Of a stretch of 64,000 nt of DNA, positions 15,441-30,162 are shown piece after piece (the stretch's first letter is position 1; every line of letters starts with the position of its first letter). The notes beneath the pieces are model-generated. The model worked only from the letters and a program-made list of their open reading frames with translations. It made no database searches and was not told the origin of the DNA. The stretch comes from Eledone cirrhosa (Eukaryota). The translations under genes were made by a program, and so were the position numbers. The DNA lies in contig OZ024749.1 of NCBI GenBank assembly GCA_964016885.1, positions 33,356,001 through 33,420,000 of the forward strand. The letters run 5' to 3'.

Positions 15441-15637
15441 AGTATTTCTCAAAGTATGTGTAAGTAGGTAGGGGGGGGGGGGAATCCTAGAGTTCCGCGA
15501 ATAAATTCTGAGGGCTCCACAAGATAAAGTGATATGTTGTCGTTGTTGTAGTTGTTGATGAAGTTGTTGTTGCTGTTGTAGTTGTTGGTGAGGATGTTGT
15601 TGTTGTTGATATGGTTGTAGTTGTAGTTGTTGACGAT

Positions 15638-15668
<31 letters not shown>

Positions 15669-15961
15669 CTGCTGATGTGGTTACTGTTGCTGCTGCTGCT
15701 GCTGTTGTTGTTGTTGTTGTTGTGGTGGTGGTGGTGGTGATATTGTTGCTGTTGATGATGTTGATGTTACTGTTATTGTCGTCGTTGTTGTTACTGCTGT
15801 TTTTTTGCTACTGTTGTTACTGCTGTTTTTTTTGCTGCTGTTGTTACTGCTGTTTTTTTGCTGCTGTTATTGTTTAGTTGGTGTTGTAGTTGTCGGTGAT
15901 GATGTTGTTGATATGGTTGTTGTTGTTGCTGATGTTGTTACTGCTGTTGTTGTTATTTGTT

Positions 15962-15994
<33 letters not shown>

Positions 15995-16174
15995 ATTTAA
16001 CCCAAGGTCAACTATGTTTGACTCGCGAAAGGTGAATCTACTTCGTTGATACTATGTCAAGTCAACAGCAGGAAATGTAAATCAATCCTTTAACATTTCA
16101 TAGTGTTTACATGCCACAAACAGGTGAGCAAGCCATACTTTATTAACTAAAACATATATATATTCACATTAGAT

Positions 16175-16887
16175 TAGAGGTTCTCAAACTTTTTGGGTCA
16201 CGGCTCCCCTCACGGCCACATAATATCCTCAGCGCCCCCAACCCTATTTGCAGAAAGAGCTGCCTACACGCAAATTGTAAATAATATATATATCATTTAC
16301 AATTTATTTACAAGGCCAGCAATTACTCAGTACACTACTGGTACTTTATTTTATCGACCCCGAGCATGGATGAAAGGCAAAGTTAACCTCGACGGGATTT
16401 GAACTCAGACCGTAAAGAAACGTAACTATGCTGGAAAGGATGGCGCCCGACCCCCTGTCAATACTGCTAATTCACCGCGCTTATAATATAATAATCATAA
16501 ATAATTGTTTCTACTTTTAGCACAAGGTCAGCAATTACCCAGTACATTACTGGTACTTTATTTTGTCGACCCCGTAAGGATGAAAGGCAAAGTTAACCTC
16601 GGTGGGATTTGAACTCAGATCGTAAAGGGACGTAACTACGCTGGAGAGCATGTCCGACCCTCTACCGATTAAATAATATCGTTAATTTATATATGATAAA
16701 TAATATAATATATACTATGTATAAATAAATATATATTTTTTATTTTACTATATCTATATATAATATGTATCATCTGATATTTAATATACTATTATATCAT
16801 CTTTACCGCCCCTCCCCGCCAACCCTAGGTCCCAACGCCCCCTGGGCCTTCTCAACGCCCCCCTCCCCGGGCGTTTGAGAACATCTG
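16175..16887. mobile_element. hAT (Charlie/Buster-like) MITE interrupted by two SINEs
   Basis: TIRs (T)AGAGGTTCTCAAAC / GTTTGAGAACATCTG; perfect 8-bp TSD CATTAGAT; internal sequence shared with 29383-29743. Confidence 0.88.
16309..16670 (-). mobile_element. Two SINE family 1 copies nested in the hAT MITE
   Basis: Copies at ~16309-16478 and ~16500-16670. Confidence 0.88.
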
Positions 16888-17259
16888 CATTAGATTCTTA
16901 AACCTAGTGAGCTTCTCGGCAAAGCAATGCCCTGGCGTCTCTACATACACAACCATAGCATATATTGTTTAATGTTGGGTCTCTAAACCAAGTGAACCCA
17001 CAGGAAAAGTAATGTGATGTGCCCCCTAAATAGACAACCATACCTACTATATATAAACTAACATTATACTCCTAAACCCGGTAGAGATTCTGGCAGATAC
17101 CCAGTGTGTTCCCGTGTTAAGGTTGGCACACCATCGGGGGTTTAGAGTTACTAGTGTTTAACTCTCGACTCTGTTGGATTAACTTAACAAGATAAGATTT
17201 TATAGAAAATAGTTATTTTACAGGTGACAATCTCAAAATGACGTGCTACATATTTTCGT

Positions 17260-17521
17260 TAGCTAATAGAACTGGAATTGACCTTCGTCGATAGACACGT
17301 GTATACTTAATGTGGTTCTCAGGGAGATTCAGCGTGACACGATGTGTGACAAAGCTGTTTCTTTGAATTAGAGGTAAAACTCGTTTATGCTAGCTGAGTA
17401 GACTGGAGCAGTGTGGAATAAAGTGTCTTGCTCAACGACATAATGCGCTTCCTAGAAACGAACTCACGGCCACCATACAATCGTCAGCTGAATATTCTTG
17501 TCACTAAACTACGCACCTTCA
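17260..17521 (-). mobile_element. tRNA-derived SINE family 2
   Basis: Minus strand: GAAGGTGCGTAG head and TTGAGCAAGACACTTTATT..CCAGT..ACTCAGCT body, shared with 30740-30870. Confidence 0.65.
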
Positions 17522-18991
17522 CAGAGCCTAGGATTACAAAGCAGAAGTCAACGCCCAAATTCATTAGTAGCGGAAGTGAAGTATTTATAACCGGATCACG
17601 GTATTTGTTTCGCCAGGAGCTTATATACCAACAAACATCAATTACTTTGACTCTCTTATGAGTTTTTATAAAATCATAAACCAAAACAATACAATGATTT
17701 CCTGTAGTTACCCAAGGAAAAATAACTTAAAATGTCTTCCAGTTGACTTCTCTTGATCAATGAAAGAAGTTGAGTTCAGCACAGTTTGTTAATAAAACAG
17801 TTGACAATTTACATTAGGATCATGGTGTGAAGAGTTCCTGTCTAATATTACACACTACACATTGTATAACCATGTAGCCTTTAAGAACGGATCATTTGAA
17901 TGGTTTCTCTTTGCTTACGTCAGTACTGAGGACGCAGTATGGTCGTGTTGTTAAGGAGTTCGCTTCTAAATCATTAAGTTCCGGCTTCGATCCTACTACG
18001 TGGTATCTTGGATATGTGTCAGTTACCATAGCCTCGTGTCGACCTATGCCTTTTGAGGGAAATTGGTGTTCTATTGTAAACCAAACTCCACCAGGAGTTA
18101 AAAGCCGTTTACTGTATCACTGAGAGTTAAGTTCTTAACATTTGGATAGGTTCGCGTAAATATCTCCCACTGGGTTGTGACATTTGTAAATATCTCCCAT
18201 TGGGTCGTGGCATTTGTAAATACCTCTAACCTGCCTCAGAGTAACTGATATAATTACCTCCCCTTTCTTTCTCCCAACAGTCTGGAAGTCCCTTCCTCCC
18301 CGTCAAAGGAGCATAATCGTTGTTCTTCTTTCTCTGAAAAAGCCATTTAACCCTTGTGATACCAAACCGCCAGAAACTGTACATAGTTCAACTATTTAGT
18401 TTATTGATTGGTGACGCGAGTTTCGCTATTGATCAGCTCAAGGTTCGATCTGTATCGATCTGGTCCGACTCTAGAATCAAAAACACTTCAGACCTCTGCT
18501 GTTGTAATGACAGAATGAACATATAAAGCATAGAAAAGTCTGTAATATTCGCGTTCATATGGAGATTAGTTTACATTGTTTTGATTGGTTGTTTAGCTAT
18601 AATGAATGTTTTGGCATGTGTGATAGGTGTATGTGTGTGAGCATAGTGACGATGTGCTATATATATTAAACAATCTGTTATATTTCCTACCACAACATAG
18701 TATAAATGGTGGCGTGTAGGGTGATTGCATCGATTTTTCCACACGCAGCCATGAATATATTTCAGTTTAGGAAACCCAATTTTCTTTCAATTAATTAGAA
18801 TAAAGCGATTTAAATAGATAGAAGTAAGAAAATATAAATTATTTGAATAAAACTTTATATTTTCATAGATATAACATTTGAAAACTTAATTTAATTTTGC
18901 TTTTTTTACTTTTATCTCGTCTTATGAATATTTATTGGAAGTAATTTCTGTAAATAAATTGATAACGCTCCGAATCGAACAGTGCAGATGA

Positions 18992-19682
<691 letters not shown>

Positions 19683-19957
19683 CCAAATCTTATAAAGAAA
19701 TTTTTACTTAAGCTATATCGTTGTCTTTTTAGATAACTTTCTGGTTGTGCTTCGTACGTAGTAAACGACATATTTAGAATATATAGAAATATGGAAGAAG
19801 CTGTTGCTTCGGGATATGCAGCCATATAGAAATTATGGATATATGTTGAAGAAGAAAGGAAAACAAAAACCCGTTGTTTTCAACATGATATAGCCATTGG
19901 ATAAAGAAACCATACACCATATACAAATAGCATGTCTATGAACCATGTATATAATAT

Positions 19958-20526
19958 CATTAATTGTTTCTACTTAAGGCACAAGGCCAGCAATTACCCA
20001 GTGCATTACTGGTACTTTATTTTATCGACCCACTAAGGATGAAAGGCAAAGTCAGGCTATGATTATAAGACCTGTCTCGCTTGTCTCGTATGATTGCATA
20101 TTTAGTAAATCCAGCTAAAGTCAATATTTACCATTTTAGAGTTACACATTAATTGTTTCTACTTTAGGCACAAGGCCAGCAATTACCCAGTGCATTACTG
20201 GTACTTTATTTTATCGACCCCCTAAGGATGAAAGGCAAAGTCAGGCTATGATTATAAGACCTATCTCGCTTGTCACGTATGATTGCATATTTAGTAAATC
20301 CAGCTAAAGTCAATATTTACCATTTTAGAGTTACACATTAATTGTTTCTACTTAGGCACAAGGCCAGCAATTACCCAGTGCATTACTGGTACTTTATTTT
20401 ATCGACCCCCTAAGGATGAAAGGCAAAGTCAGGCTATGATTATAAGACCTATCTCGCTTGTCACGTATGATTGCATATTTAGTAAATCCAGCTAGAGTCA
20501 ATATTTACCATTTTAGAGTTACACAA
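19958..20526. repeat. 3 x 189-bp tandem duplication containing a SINE 3' half
   Basis: CATTAATTGTTTCTACT at 19958, 20147 and 20336; units nearly identical. Confidence 0.95.
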
Positions 20527-20664
20527 TGAAATAACTAAAAGTTATGTTGTCTTATATAAACTGAACTCTTATGTTCGTAACGAAATATACGACCTGCAAT
20601 CTTTGAATAATTTTGAAAATAATAAAATATTGAGAAGGGTTTAGTAACGTAACGAAGTTTCTCG

Positions 20665-21125
20665 TTATCATCATCAATAACAATAACAATAACAATAACA
20701 ATAACACCACCACCACTATCATCATCAACAACAACAACAACAACAATAACGCCACCACCACCACCAACAACAACAACAATATCACTACCACCACCACCAC
20801 CACCACCACCACCACCACCACCACCAACAAGAACAACAACAATAACGCCACCACCACCACCACCACCAACAACAACAATATCACTACCACCACCACCACC
20901 ACCACCACCTCCACCAACAACAACAACAATAACGCCACCACCACCACCAACAACAACAACAATATCACTACCACCACCACTACCACCACCACCACCACCA
21001 ACAACAACAACAATATCACTACCACCACCACTACCACCACCACCACCAACAACAACAACAATATCACTACCACCACCACTACCACCACCACCACCACCAC
21101 CACCACCACCACCACCACCACCACC

Positions 21126-21157
<32 letters not shown>

Positions 21158-21210
21158 CAACAACAACGCCACCACCACTACCATCAACAACAACAACAAT
21201 AATATCACCA
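20665..21210. repeat. (CCA)n/(CAA)n compound minisatellite
   Basis: Read directly. Confidence 0.92.
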
Positions 21211-21255
21211 TAAAGCCACGTGCCTCCACTTATATATATGTATATACTTGATATA

Positions 21256-21311
<56 letters not shown>

Positions 21312-21661
21312 CAAGTACCGGATATCAAATGTATCTGGTACTTGAAATTGCACCCTGATCCCCTCTTCGAAATAAGGAACACAACTAGAGCCCTAAATAT
21401 TAGTGGGGACGGAAGTGGTTCACCTGGCCAGCAATCTGGTTTGATGAATTGGCCGGGACTATTTAACAGGACCACGGCATCCATACAACGCCATTTTACA
21501 CTCACGGCGTAAACATGGCGGAGCTAATCTCTCTTCAGGTATGAAGACAGTCGATTTCTTCCAGAGAGAGAGAGAAAGAGAGTGGGAAGAGGAGAAAGAA
21601 TGAGAGAAAGAAAGAAAGAGAGGAGTGTCAGGAAGAGAGAGAGAGAGATAGAGATAGATAT

Positions 21662-21858
21662 ATTTCTTTATTAGCCACAGGGGCACAAAAGAAGGGGACA
21701 AATACAAAGGGGGAAGTTTACATACAATAAAAACGTGTAAAATGTTATCACAAATGGAATTTAAAAAGTTAGTCGATTTTCCCCAATAGAGGGAGACAGT
21801 TTATATGGGTAACACATACCCCCGAAAAAAAATGTGCAACCCTCATCTCCAGGAGTAC
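21662..21858 (-). mobile_element. Tx1-like LINE 3' UTR fragment in (TC)/(TCTA)n
   Basis: Ends GTGGCTAATAAAGAAAT on the minus strand; similar to 22127-22320. Confidence 0.55.
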
Positions 21859-21992
21859 GAAGAGAGATAGATAGATAGTGAGAGAGAGAGAGTTAGAAAG
21901 AGAGAGAAAGAGTGACGGAAGGATAGAGAGGAGAGTCAGGAAGAGATGGATAGATAGATCGAGGAAGAGAAAGAAGGAGAGAGGGAAAGTGA

Positions 21993-22069
<77 letters not shown>

Positions 22070-22126
22070 GAATAGAGATAGAAACATTTCTTTATTAGCC
22101 ACAAAGGAATAGAGATAGATAGATAG

Positions 22127-22476
22127 ATTTCTTTATTAGCCACAAGGGCGCAACAAGAAAGGGGACAATACAAAGACATGCCGGGGATTTTACATACAGT
22201 CGTGTAAAAAATATAAAAACAAACAATTTCAACAATCGAAATCCCCAATAGGGGGGAGGCGCCACAAATGAGTTGTTTAATACCCCGTAGATAGAACAAC
22301 CCTCAACTGGAGGAGCGTGTTATGCAAGTGCTCCTTTCTTCCTTTTGCTCTCTTCCTCAACCTACAGGCTTATAAACAGAGAAGGCCCAATCACTCGGGC
22401 CATTTTCGCTTCATTCACCCACCTTTCAGTAAATTTACTGGGGTGCAGTGCCTCTCTCTCCACCCTGATTCTCCTT
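22127..22476 (-). mobile_element. Tx1-like LINE ORF2 C-terminus and 3' UTR
   Basis: RRIRVEREALHPSKFTERWVNEAKMARV...* then a UTR ending GTGGCTAATAAAGAAATC; (TCTA)n on both sides. Confidence 0.65.
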
Positions 22477-23459
22477 GATAGATAGATAGATAGTAAAATA
22501 GAAGAGAGAGAGAGAAATAGAGAAAGAATCGACCTCAGTACTGGAGGGTATTTTATTTATCAACTTCGAAAATATGAAAGCCAGATTTGACTTCAGTTTC
22601 ATTTGAACTCAGATCACAGCGAGTCAGAGCAAATATCGATGCATTTTTTTTCCACACGAAGACTGTAATGACTGCCATTTCGCCAACTTGTGTACCAACA
22701 TTGAAGTCAAAACATTGAAGTCTAATATCTCTCTCTAAAGATATACAACAATACCAACAACAACTTCGGAGATGTAACTATAGGCCGTCAAATATTATTT
22801 TCATATTCATAGAAATATTGTATTTCTTCCCCGTGTCCTATGTTTTCCCCACTTGCTTTCAGCATATTAGCTTTTATAATCGTCTTTGAGAATAGCTCCA
22901 AGCTAAAAACATACTAAACTCCATTAGGCGCTTTATGAAGTCTAATAATGTTGAACAATATTGGTATGAGGGACTTGTGGTGGCAATGGTGGTGAAGGTG
23001 GTTGTGGTGGTGATGGTTGTGGTGTTGGAGGTGGTGGTGGTAGTGAAAGTGGTTTGTGGTGGTAGAAAGTGGTGGTGTTGGTGGTGGTGGTAGTGGTGTT
23101 GGTGGTGGTGGTTGTAGTGAAGCGGCTTGTGGTGGTGGTAGTTGTGGTGTTGGAGGTGGTGGTGGTAGTGAAAGTGGTTTGTGGTGGTAGAAAGTGGTGG
23201 TGTTGGTGGTGGTGGTAGTGGTGTTGGTGGTGGTTGTAGTGAAGCGGCTTGTGGTGGTGGTAGTTGTGGTGTTGGTGATCGTGGTGGTAGTGAAGGTGCT
23301 TGTGGTGGTGGTGGTGGTGGTGGTGGTGTTGGTGATGGTGGTGGTGGTAATGAAGGTGCTTGTGGTAGTGGTGGTAGTTGTGGTGCTGTAGGTGGTGTTC
23401 GTGATGGTGCTGTTATTGTTGGTGATGGTGATGTTGGTATTGATGTTGTTGTTGTTGGT

Positions 23460-24890
23460 GGTTTTTGTGTTGGTCTTGGTGTTGGCATTAGTAATGGTGT
23501 TGGTGGTGTTTTTTGGTGTTTGTCGTAGTGCTAGTGGTGGTGGTGGTTGTGGTGTTTGTGTTGGTCTTGGTGTTGGTATTGGTACTGGTGTTGGTGGTGT
23601 TTTTTGGTGTTTATCGTAGTGCTAGTGGTGGTGGTGGTTGTGGTGTTTGTGTTGGTCTTGGTGTTGGTATTGGTACTGGTGTTGGTGGTGTTTTTTGGTG
23701 TTTGTCTTAGTGCTAGTGGTGGTGGTGGTTGTGGTGTTTGTGTTGGTCTTGGTGTTGGTATTGGTACTGGTGTTGGTGGTGTTTTTTGGTGTTTGTCGTA
23801 GTGCTAGTGGTGGTGGTGGTTGTGGTGTTTGTGTTGGTCTTGGTGTTGGTATTGGTACTGGTGTTGGTGGTGTTTTTTGGTGTTTGTCGTAGTGCTAGTG
23901 GTGGTGGTGGTTGTGGTGTTTGTGTTGGTCTTGGTGTTGGTATTGGTACTGGTGTTGGTGGTGTTTTTTGGTGTTTGTCGTAGTGCTAGTGGTGGTGGTG
24001 GTTGTGGTGTTTGTGTTGGTCTTGGTGTTGGTATTGGTACTGGTGTTGGTGGTGTTTTTTGGTGTTTGTCGTAGTGCTAGTGGTGGTGGTGGTTGTGGTG
24101 TTTGTGTTGGTCTTGGTGTTGGTATTGGTACTGGTGTTGGTGGTGTTTTTTGGTGTTTGTCGTAGTGCTAGTGGTGGTGGTTGTGGTGTTTGTGTTAGTC
24201 TTGGTGTTGGTATTGGTACTGGTGTTGGTGGTGTTTTTTGGTGTTTGTCGTAGTGCTAGTGGTGGTGGTGGTTGTAGTGTTTGTGTTGGTCTTGGTGTTG
24301 GTATTAGTAATGGTGTTGGTGGTGTTTTTTGGTGTTTGTCGTAGTGCTAGTGGTGGTGGTTGTGGTGTTTGTGTTAGTCTTGGTGTTGGTATTGGTACTG
24401 GTGTTGGTGGTGTTTTTTGGTGTTTGTCGTAGTGCTAGTGGTGGTGGTGGTTGTAGTGTTTGTGTTGGTCTTGGTGTTGGTATTGGTACTGGTGTTGGTG
24501 GTGTTTTTTGGTGTTTGTCGTAGTGCTAGTGGTGGTGGTGGTTGTGGTGTTTGTGTTGGTCTTGGTGTTGGTATTGGTACTGGTGTTGGTGGTGTTTTTG
24601 GGTGTTTGTCGTAGTGCTAGTGGTGGTGGTGGTTGTAGTGTTTGTGTTGGTCTTGGTGTTGGTATTAGTACTGGTGTTGGTGGTGTTTTTTGGTGTTTGT
24701 CGTAGTGCTAGTGGTGGTGGTGGTTGTGATGTTTGTGTTGGTCTTGGTGTTGGTATTGGTACAGGTGTTGGTGGTGTTTTTTGGTGTTTGTCGTAGTGCT
24801 AGTGGTGGTGGTGGTTGTGGTGTTTGTGTTGGTCTTGGTGTTGGTATTGGTACTGGTGGTGGTGTTTTTTTAATGTTTGTCGTAGTGCTA
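23460..24890. repeat. 91-bp GT-rich satellite, ~15 copies
   Basis: Unit GTCGTAGTGCTAGTGGTGG...TTTTGGTGTTT; ORFs recur every 91 (or 88) bp. Confidence 0.96.
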
Positions 24891-25168
24891 GTGGTGGTTG
24901 TAGTGTTGGTATTGGTACTGGTGTTGGTGATGGTGGTTGTGATGTTTAGTGTTGGTATTGATGTGTTTGGTATTGGTCTTCATGTTTTTGGTGTTGCTGT
25001 TGGTGTTGGCGTTAGTGTTGGTGTAGCAGAGGAATTAGAGGAATTAGTAGTTGATGTTGTAAAAGTAACGTGGTATGGTATGCTATGGTGTGGTGTAGTG
25101 TTGTAGTGTTGTTACTATATTGGTGTTGACTGAGCCTTTTTTATTCGAATATTGATAGAAAAATTATC

Positions 25169-25345
25169 ATAATTGTTTCTACTTTTGGCACAAGGCCAGC
25201 ATTTATCCCAGTGCATTACTGGTACTTTATTTTATCGACCCCGTAAGGATGAAAGGCAAAGTTAACCTCGGCGGGATTTGAAATCAGTCCGTAAAGGGAC
25301 GTAACTATGCTGCAAAGCATGACGTCCGACCCTCTACAGATACTG
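25169..25345 (-). mobile_element. SINE family 1
   Basis: Body and tail on the minus strand. Confidence 0.88.
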
Positions 25346-25439
25346 ATAATGATTTCATTTATTAGCCACAAGAGCCGACATGTAGGGGCCACAGGTCCTC
25401 TACATGTCGGCTCTTGTAGCTAATAAATGAAATCATTAT
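25346..25439. repeat. ~40-bp-arm hairpin made of a Tx1-like 3' terminus
   Basis: 25346-25385 is the reverse complement of 25400-25439 with 1 mismatch; contains GT(G/A)GCTAATAAA. Confidence 0.85.
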
Positions 25440-25496
25440 TGTTATTATTATTGTTAGTATTATTATTAGTATTATTAGTAACAACAACAACAACAA

Positions 25497-25529
<33 letters not shown>

Positions 25530-25648
25530 CAACAAAAACAATAGTACAATGAAATTTACAGAGATAAGCGTCTGTCTGGAGCTTGAAACAAAATTTCTTG
25601 TTTTGTAGCACTGACGCGAGAAATTCAGTTACTTAGTCAACAAATATA

Positions 25649-25681
<33 letters not shown>

Positions 25682-25691
25682 AATACATAAA

Positions 25692-25805
<114 letters not shown>

Positions 25806-25821
25806 TATATATATATATATA

Positions 25822-25940
25822 TATTCCCGAGTGAAACAGTTCTAGTCCTGTAGAAGCCATTTCTATATTAAATATTTATACTCTGCTTTGTATTGAGTAC
25901 TTTACTTACTGTGGTTACTCCCAATTGAACCCAGGATAAA

Positions 25941-25942
<2 letters not shown>
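25822..25942 (+). mobile_element. 5'-truncated copy of the 10334 hammerhead-bearing remnant
   Basis: GAAACAGTTCTAGTCCTGTAGAAGCCATTTC...GTATTGAGTAC; (TA)n on both flanks. Confidence 0.75.
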
Positions 25943-25979
<37 letters not shown>

Positions 25980-26034
25980 ATTCACACATACACACACATG
26001 TTTGCATAAATATACATACATACACACACACACG

Positions 26035-26068
<34 letters not shown>

Positions 26069-26233
26069 AACAAAAGATGGTTAAAGGAGTTCCATGTATT
26101 TTATTATGCGCATTTCAAATGCGCATTCATATGTTCTTATATATTATGTATACTCCAGTCCTACAAACTGTAGAGTGCTTCTTATCCGATATCTGCATTG
26201 CTTTATTGTACTACAATAAAACTCACCTCCTAC

Positions 26234-26345
<112 letters not shown>

Positions 26346-26367
26346 TGTGAATAAGTATATATATTTA

Positions 26368-26690
26368 ATGGATTCTCCCTGTATCAACGTATGACGGCTC
26401 AACAGTTTTCTTAGTGCAATCTTTTATGTTTATGCCTTAAATGGCATTTCAGTTCAGTTGCCGCATTTAATGCAGATGACAGGATTTTGAGCAGAGCAGG
26501 ATGGCATGTTTGATCATCGGATCTTGATGTTAGATCACAAAGATGAACCAGGCGATATTTTCCATAGTTCCTTATACCTTCATGACAGACAGCTCTCTAT
26601 TTTCCGCGGTCAGCAGCGAAGGCTTCAAAAGAAGTGAGAGATATATTCACAGATTGAGGTGTGCGGTCATCAGTTATCTGTAGATCATGC
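26368..26690 (-). mobile_element. Decayed RTE/BovB-like LINE 3' end
   Basis: Minus strand reads SVNISLTSFEAFAADRGK*RAVCHEGIR followed by a zinc-finger-like LKCHLRHKH. Confidence 0.6.
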
Positions 26691-26706
26691 ATATATATAT
26701 ATATAT

Positions 26707-27109
26707 GATGACCTTAGCCTTTGTCAAGGCAGAATTCTAGGAGAAGGAAAACTCTGATATAACACCTGCAACCCTGATGGTATCCAATGATGTTGACTTG
26801 TTCTTCTTTTTGGTAAATATCATCTTGGTTAAGAGAGTGGGACTGGCTTTGTGCAGTGCCTTTGCTCACTATAAAAGCTTCACGGCACAGGCATTGCTTT
26901 ATATCTGGAGATCTCTCTGCACTTGTCGTCACATGGTACCATGGGCCCAGCACTATGTGTCAATAATTGTCACAAGTGTAGTGTTTGTACCAGAGTTTTC
27001 AAGTCGCTGGCTGGACTAAAAAGTCACACTCGTTCAGCGCATCGGTAGGGGTTCTCCTACATGGATATAAAGTAGTGGCCGTACTCGAAAACGAGTTGGC
27101 AGCCACCAT
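26707..27109 (+). mobile_element. 5'-truncated bipartite non-autonomous RTE element (family B)
   Basis: Near-identical to 56315-56718; CTAGGAGAAGGAAAACTCTGA (RTE 5'UTR-like), 3' stem-loop and (TATG)n tail. Confidence 0.75.
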
Positions 27110-27607
27110 GTATGTATGTATGTATGTATGTATGTATTTATGTATGTATGTATGTATGTATGTATGTATGTATGTATGTATCTATCTCTATATATATATG
27201 TATATGTATACATTGTATATGTATATACATGTCCGTATGTGTGTGTGCGTGTGTGTGTGAAATGTTTCGACTCTATGCTCATACGTTGTCATACACATAT
27301 AATTCACAAATACAAGTACAAAAACACCCGAACGCACAGTAAGATTCACACAACACGTACCCAGACACACACACACACACACACAACACGCACCCAGACA
27401 CACACACACATATGTACATGTACACACAGACATGCATACGCTCCCACAAACACATGACCTTGACAAAAATGTGCATAAGATAAAATATAATAGGAATGAA
27501 AGTGCTTCAAGTCACATGTGAGTGAAAAATATGGACAATAGATACATCAGAGAGAGAGAGAGAGAGAGAGAGCGCGGGGGAGAGAGCGAGAGAGAGTGAC
27601 ATAGAGA

Positions 27608-27676
<69 letters not shown>

Positions 27677-27736
27677 GAGGAGAGAGGCAGAAAGAAGCAG
27701 AGTTGAATACTTTTGTTTTCAAGCCGTTGTAACCTT

Positions 27737-27941
<205 letters not shown>

Positions 27942-28035
27942 TATATGTAGAAGTTATATTTAATTTGTTGGGATACAACAAGCAAATATTTTCATAACTG
28001 ATATAAAGCACTCAACAAATTATTGGAGTGAAAAT

Positions 28036-28103
<68 letters not shown>

Positions 28104-28209
28104 TATATATATACATACACATATACGCACACATATACATATATATGATATATATATAATATATATAATATATATATGTATATATATATGTATGTATACA
28201 TATATACAC

Positions 28210-28628
28210 AATGGTGAACGGTCAATCGTAAATGGACTCTTCCTGGATGGTAGCGAGGTATATGTCAATGTTAAATGGACTCTTTCTGGATGGTAACGAG
28301 GTATATGCCAATGGTAAATGGACTATTCCTGGATGGTATCCAGGGACATGTCAATGGTAAATGGACGACACCTGAATGACAGCCAGTCATATGGCAATGG
28401 TAAATAGACTATTCCTGGATGGTAGCCAGTGATGTATCAATGGTAAATGGAATGGACTATTCCTGGATGGTAGCCAGTGATGTATCAATGGTAAATGGAA
28501 TGGACTATTCCTGGATGGTAGCCAGTGATGTATCAATGGTAAATGGAATGGACTATTCCTGGATGGTAGCCAGTGATGTATCAATGGTAAATGGAATGGA
28601 CTATTCCTGGATGGTATCGAGTGACATG
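28210..28628. repeat. 43-48-bp minisatellite, ~9 units
   Basis: AATGGTAAATGG(AATGG)ACTATTCCTGGATGGTAGCCAGTGATGTATC; diverged 43-mers followed by ~4 homogeneous 48-mers. Confidence 0.93.
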
Positions 28629-29382
28629 TGCTGGCTGAAAAAGAGTCAGTCTCATACGCCATACTTATTCTTGCGCTGCTCCGGCGAATACGCTGAAAGA
28701 TCAAGTCCAACACGTGAGCTTCGTTCTTGCGAATGGCCATCTTGTTTCCGATGGCAGTAAGTATCAAGGACACAAAACTCCAGATATTTCCACTGATACG
28801 GGTTCAACGAAGGGCAGTGTACATTAGACTAGTTCAAGTACTCATTGCACCTCTCCTATGTCTAACCACAGTAAGTATGGAGGTGCCCAGGGACTATTCA
28901 GAATGCCATATGTTTCCACGACAATTGGTTTGACGATGAATCTAGCAGAGAACCGGCATATCTGGTCTGAGGATTCAACCTATGGTTTCTATATTTATTT
29001 ATTCAATGTTTAACAACTACAGCAGAGTATTTCCAGATGTTAGGTCACACCATATGATTTTCCTTTCTTACTGAATCATATTTATCAAATATATCATGTG
29101 TTTATTGATATTAATTAACGGCGCTCTAAACACTTCCGACCGTTACAATACAATACAATAAACCAGCCAACCAACCAACCAACCAACGAACCAGCCAACC
29201 AGTCAACCAGCTAGCTAACCAGCCAACCAGCCAGTCAGCCAGCCAGCCAACCAGCCAACCAGCCAGTCAGCCAGCCACCCAACCAGCCAACCAACCAACC
29301 AGCCAACCAACCAATCAACCAACTCACCAATCAACATAACCATAACTACCATTGCTAGAGTATTATTAGAGTATTACTAGAG

Positions 29383-29743
29383 CAGAGGAACTCACATAGT
29401 GGGCGCAGCTGCTCCCGGGGCGGCGGGGGGGGGGATGGAGGTCCAGGGGGCGCTGGGACCTAAGGGGGCGGGGTGGTGGTAGTAGAGATGATATAATAGT
29501 ATATTAAATATCACATGATATATATTATATATAAATATAGTAAAATAAAAAAAATATATAATATTTATTTATACATAGTATATATTATATTATTTATTAC
29601 ATATAAATTAACCATTTTATTTATTATATATTATTTATAATTTGCATGTAGGCAGGTCTCTCTGGAAATAAGTGGGGGTGGGGGGGTGAGGTTATTACGT
29701 GGCCGTGGGGCGGGTGGTGGCCTCAAAAGTTTGAGAACCTCTG
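29383..29743. mobile_element. hAT MITE, 361 bp, same family as 16175 in the opposite orientation
   Basis: CAGAGG...GTTTGAGAACCTCTG; perfect 8-bp TSD TACTAGAG. Confidence 0.88.
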
Positions 29744-30129
29744 TACTAGAGTATTATTAGAGTATTACTTGCTAGCACAGCGTGTGTTCATCACATAGTG
29801 AAGGCACAATCACAATTAGAACTAACATACAATGAAATGAAACAATAAAAACAGCAACAACAGCAATAACAGCCACAGCAACAACAGCAACAATAGAAGT
29901 AATAACAACACCAACATCACCACCAGCAAAAGCAGCAACAGCAACAACTACAGCAACAACAACAATAGCAGTAATAACAACACCAACAACAACCACAGCA
30001 ACAGCAACAACAATAGCTGTCATGACAACAACAACAACAACAACGACAACAGAAGCAACAACAACAACACCAACAATAGCAGTAATAACAACAATAACAG
30101 CCGCAGCAACAACGACAACAACAATAGCC

Positions 30130-30162
<33 letters not shown>

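Noticed and set aside
18405-18445. Further partial hammerhead-like strings (also ~31170, 32290, 33880, 43160, 44340)
   Set aside because: Only half of the core, or no pairing stems; cannot be distinguished from chance by eye.
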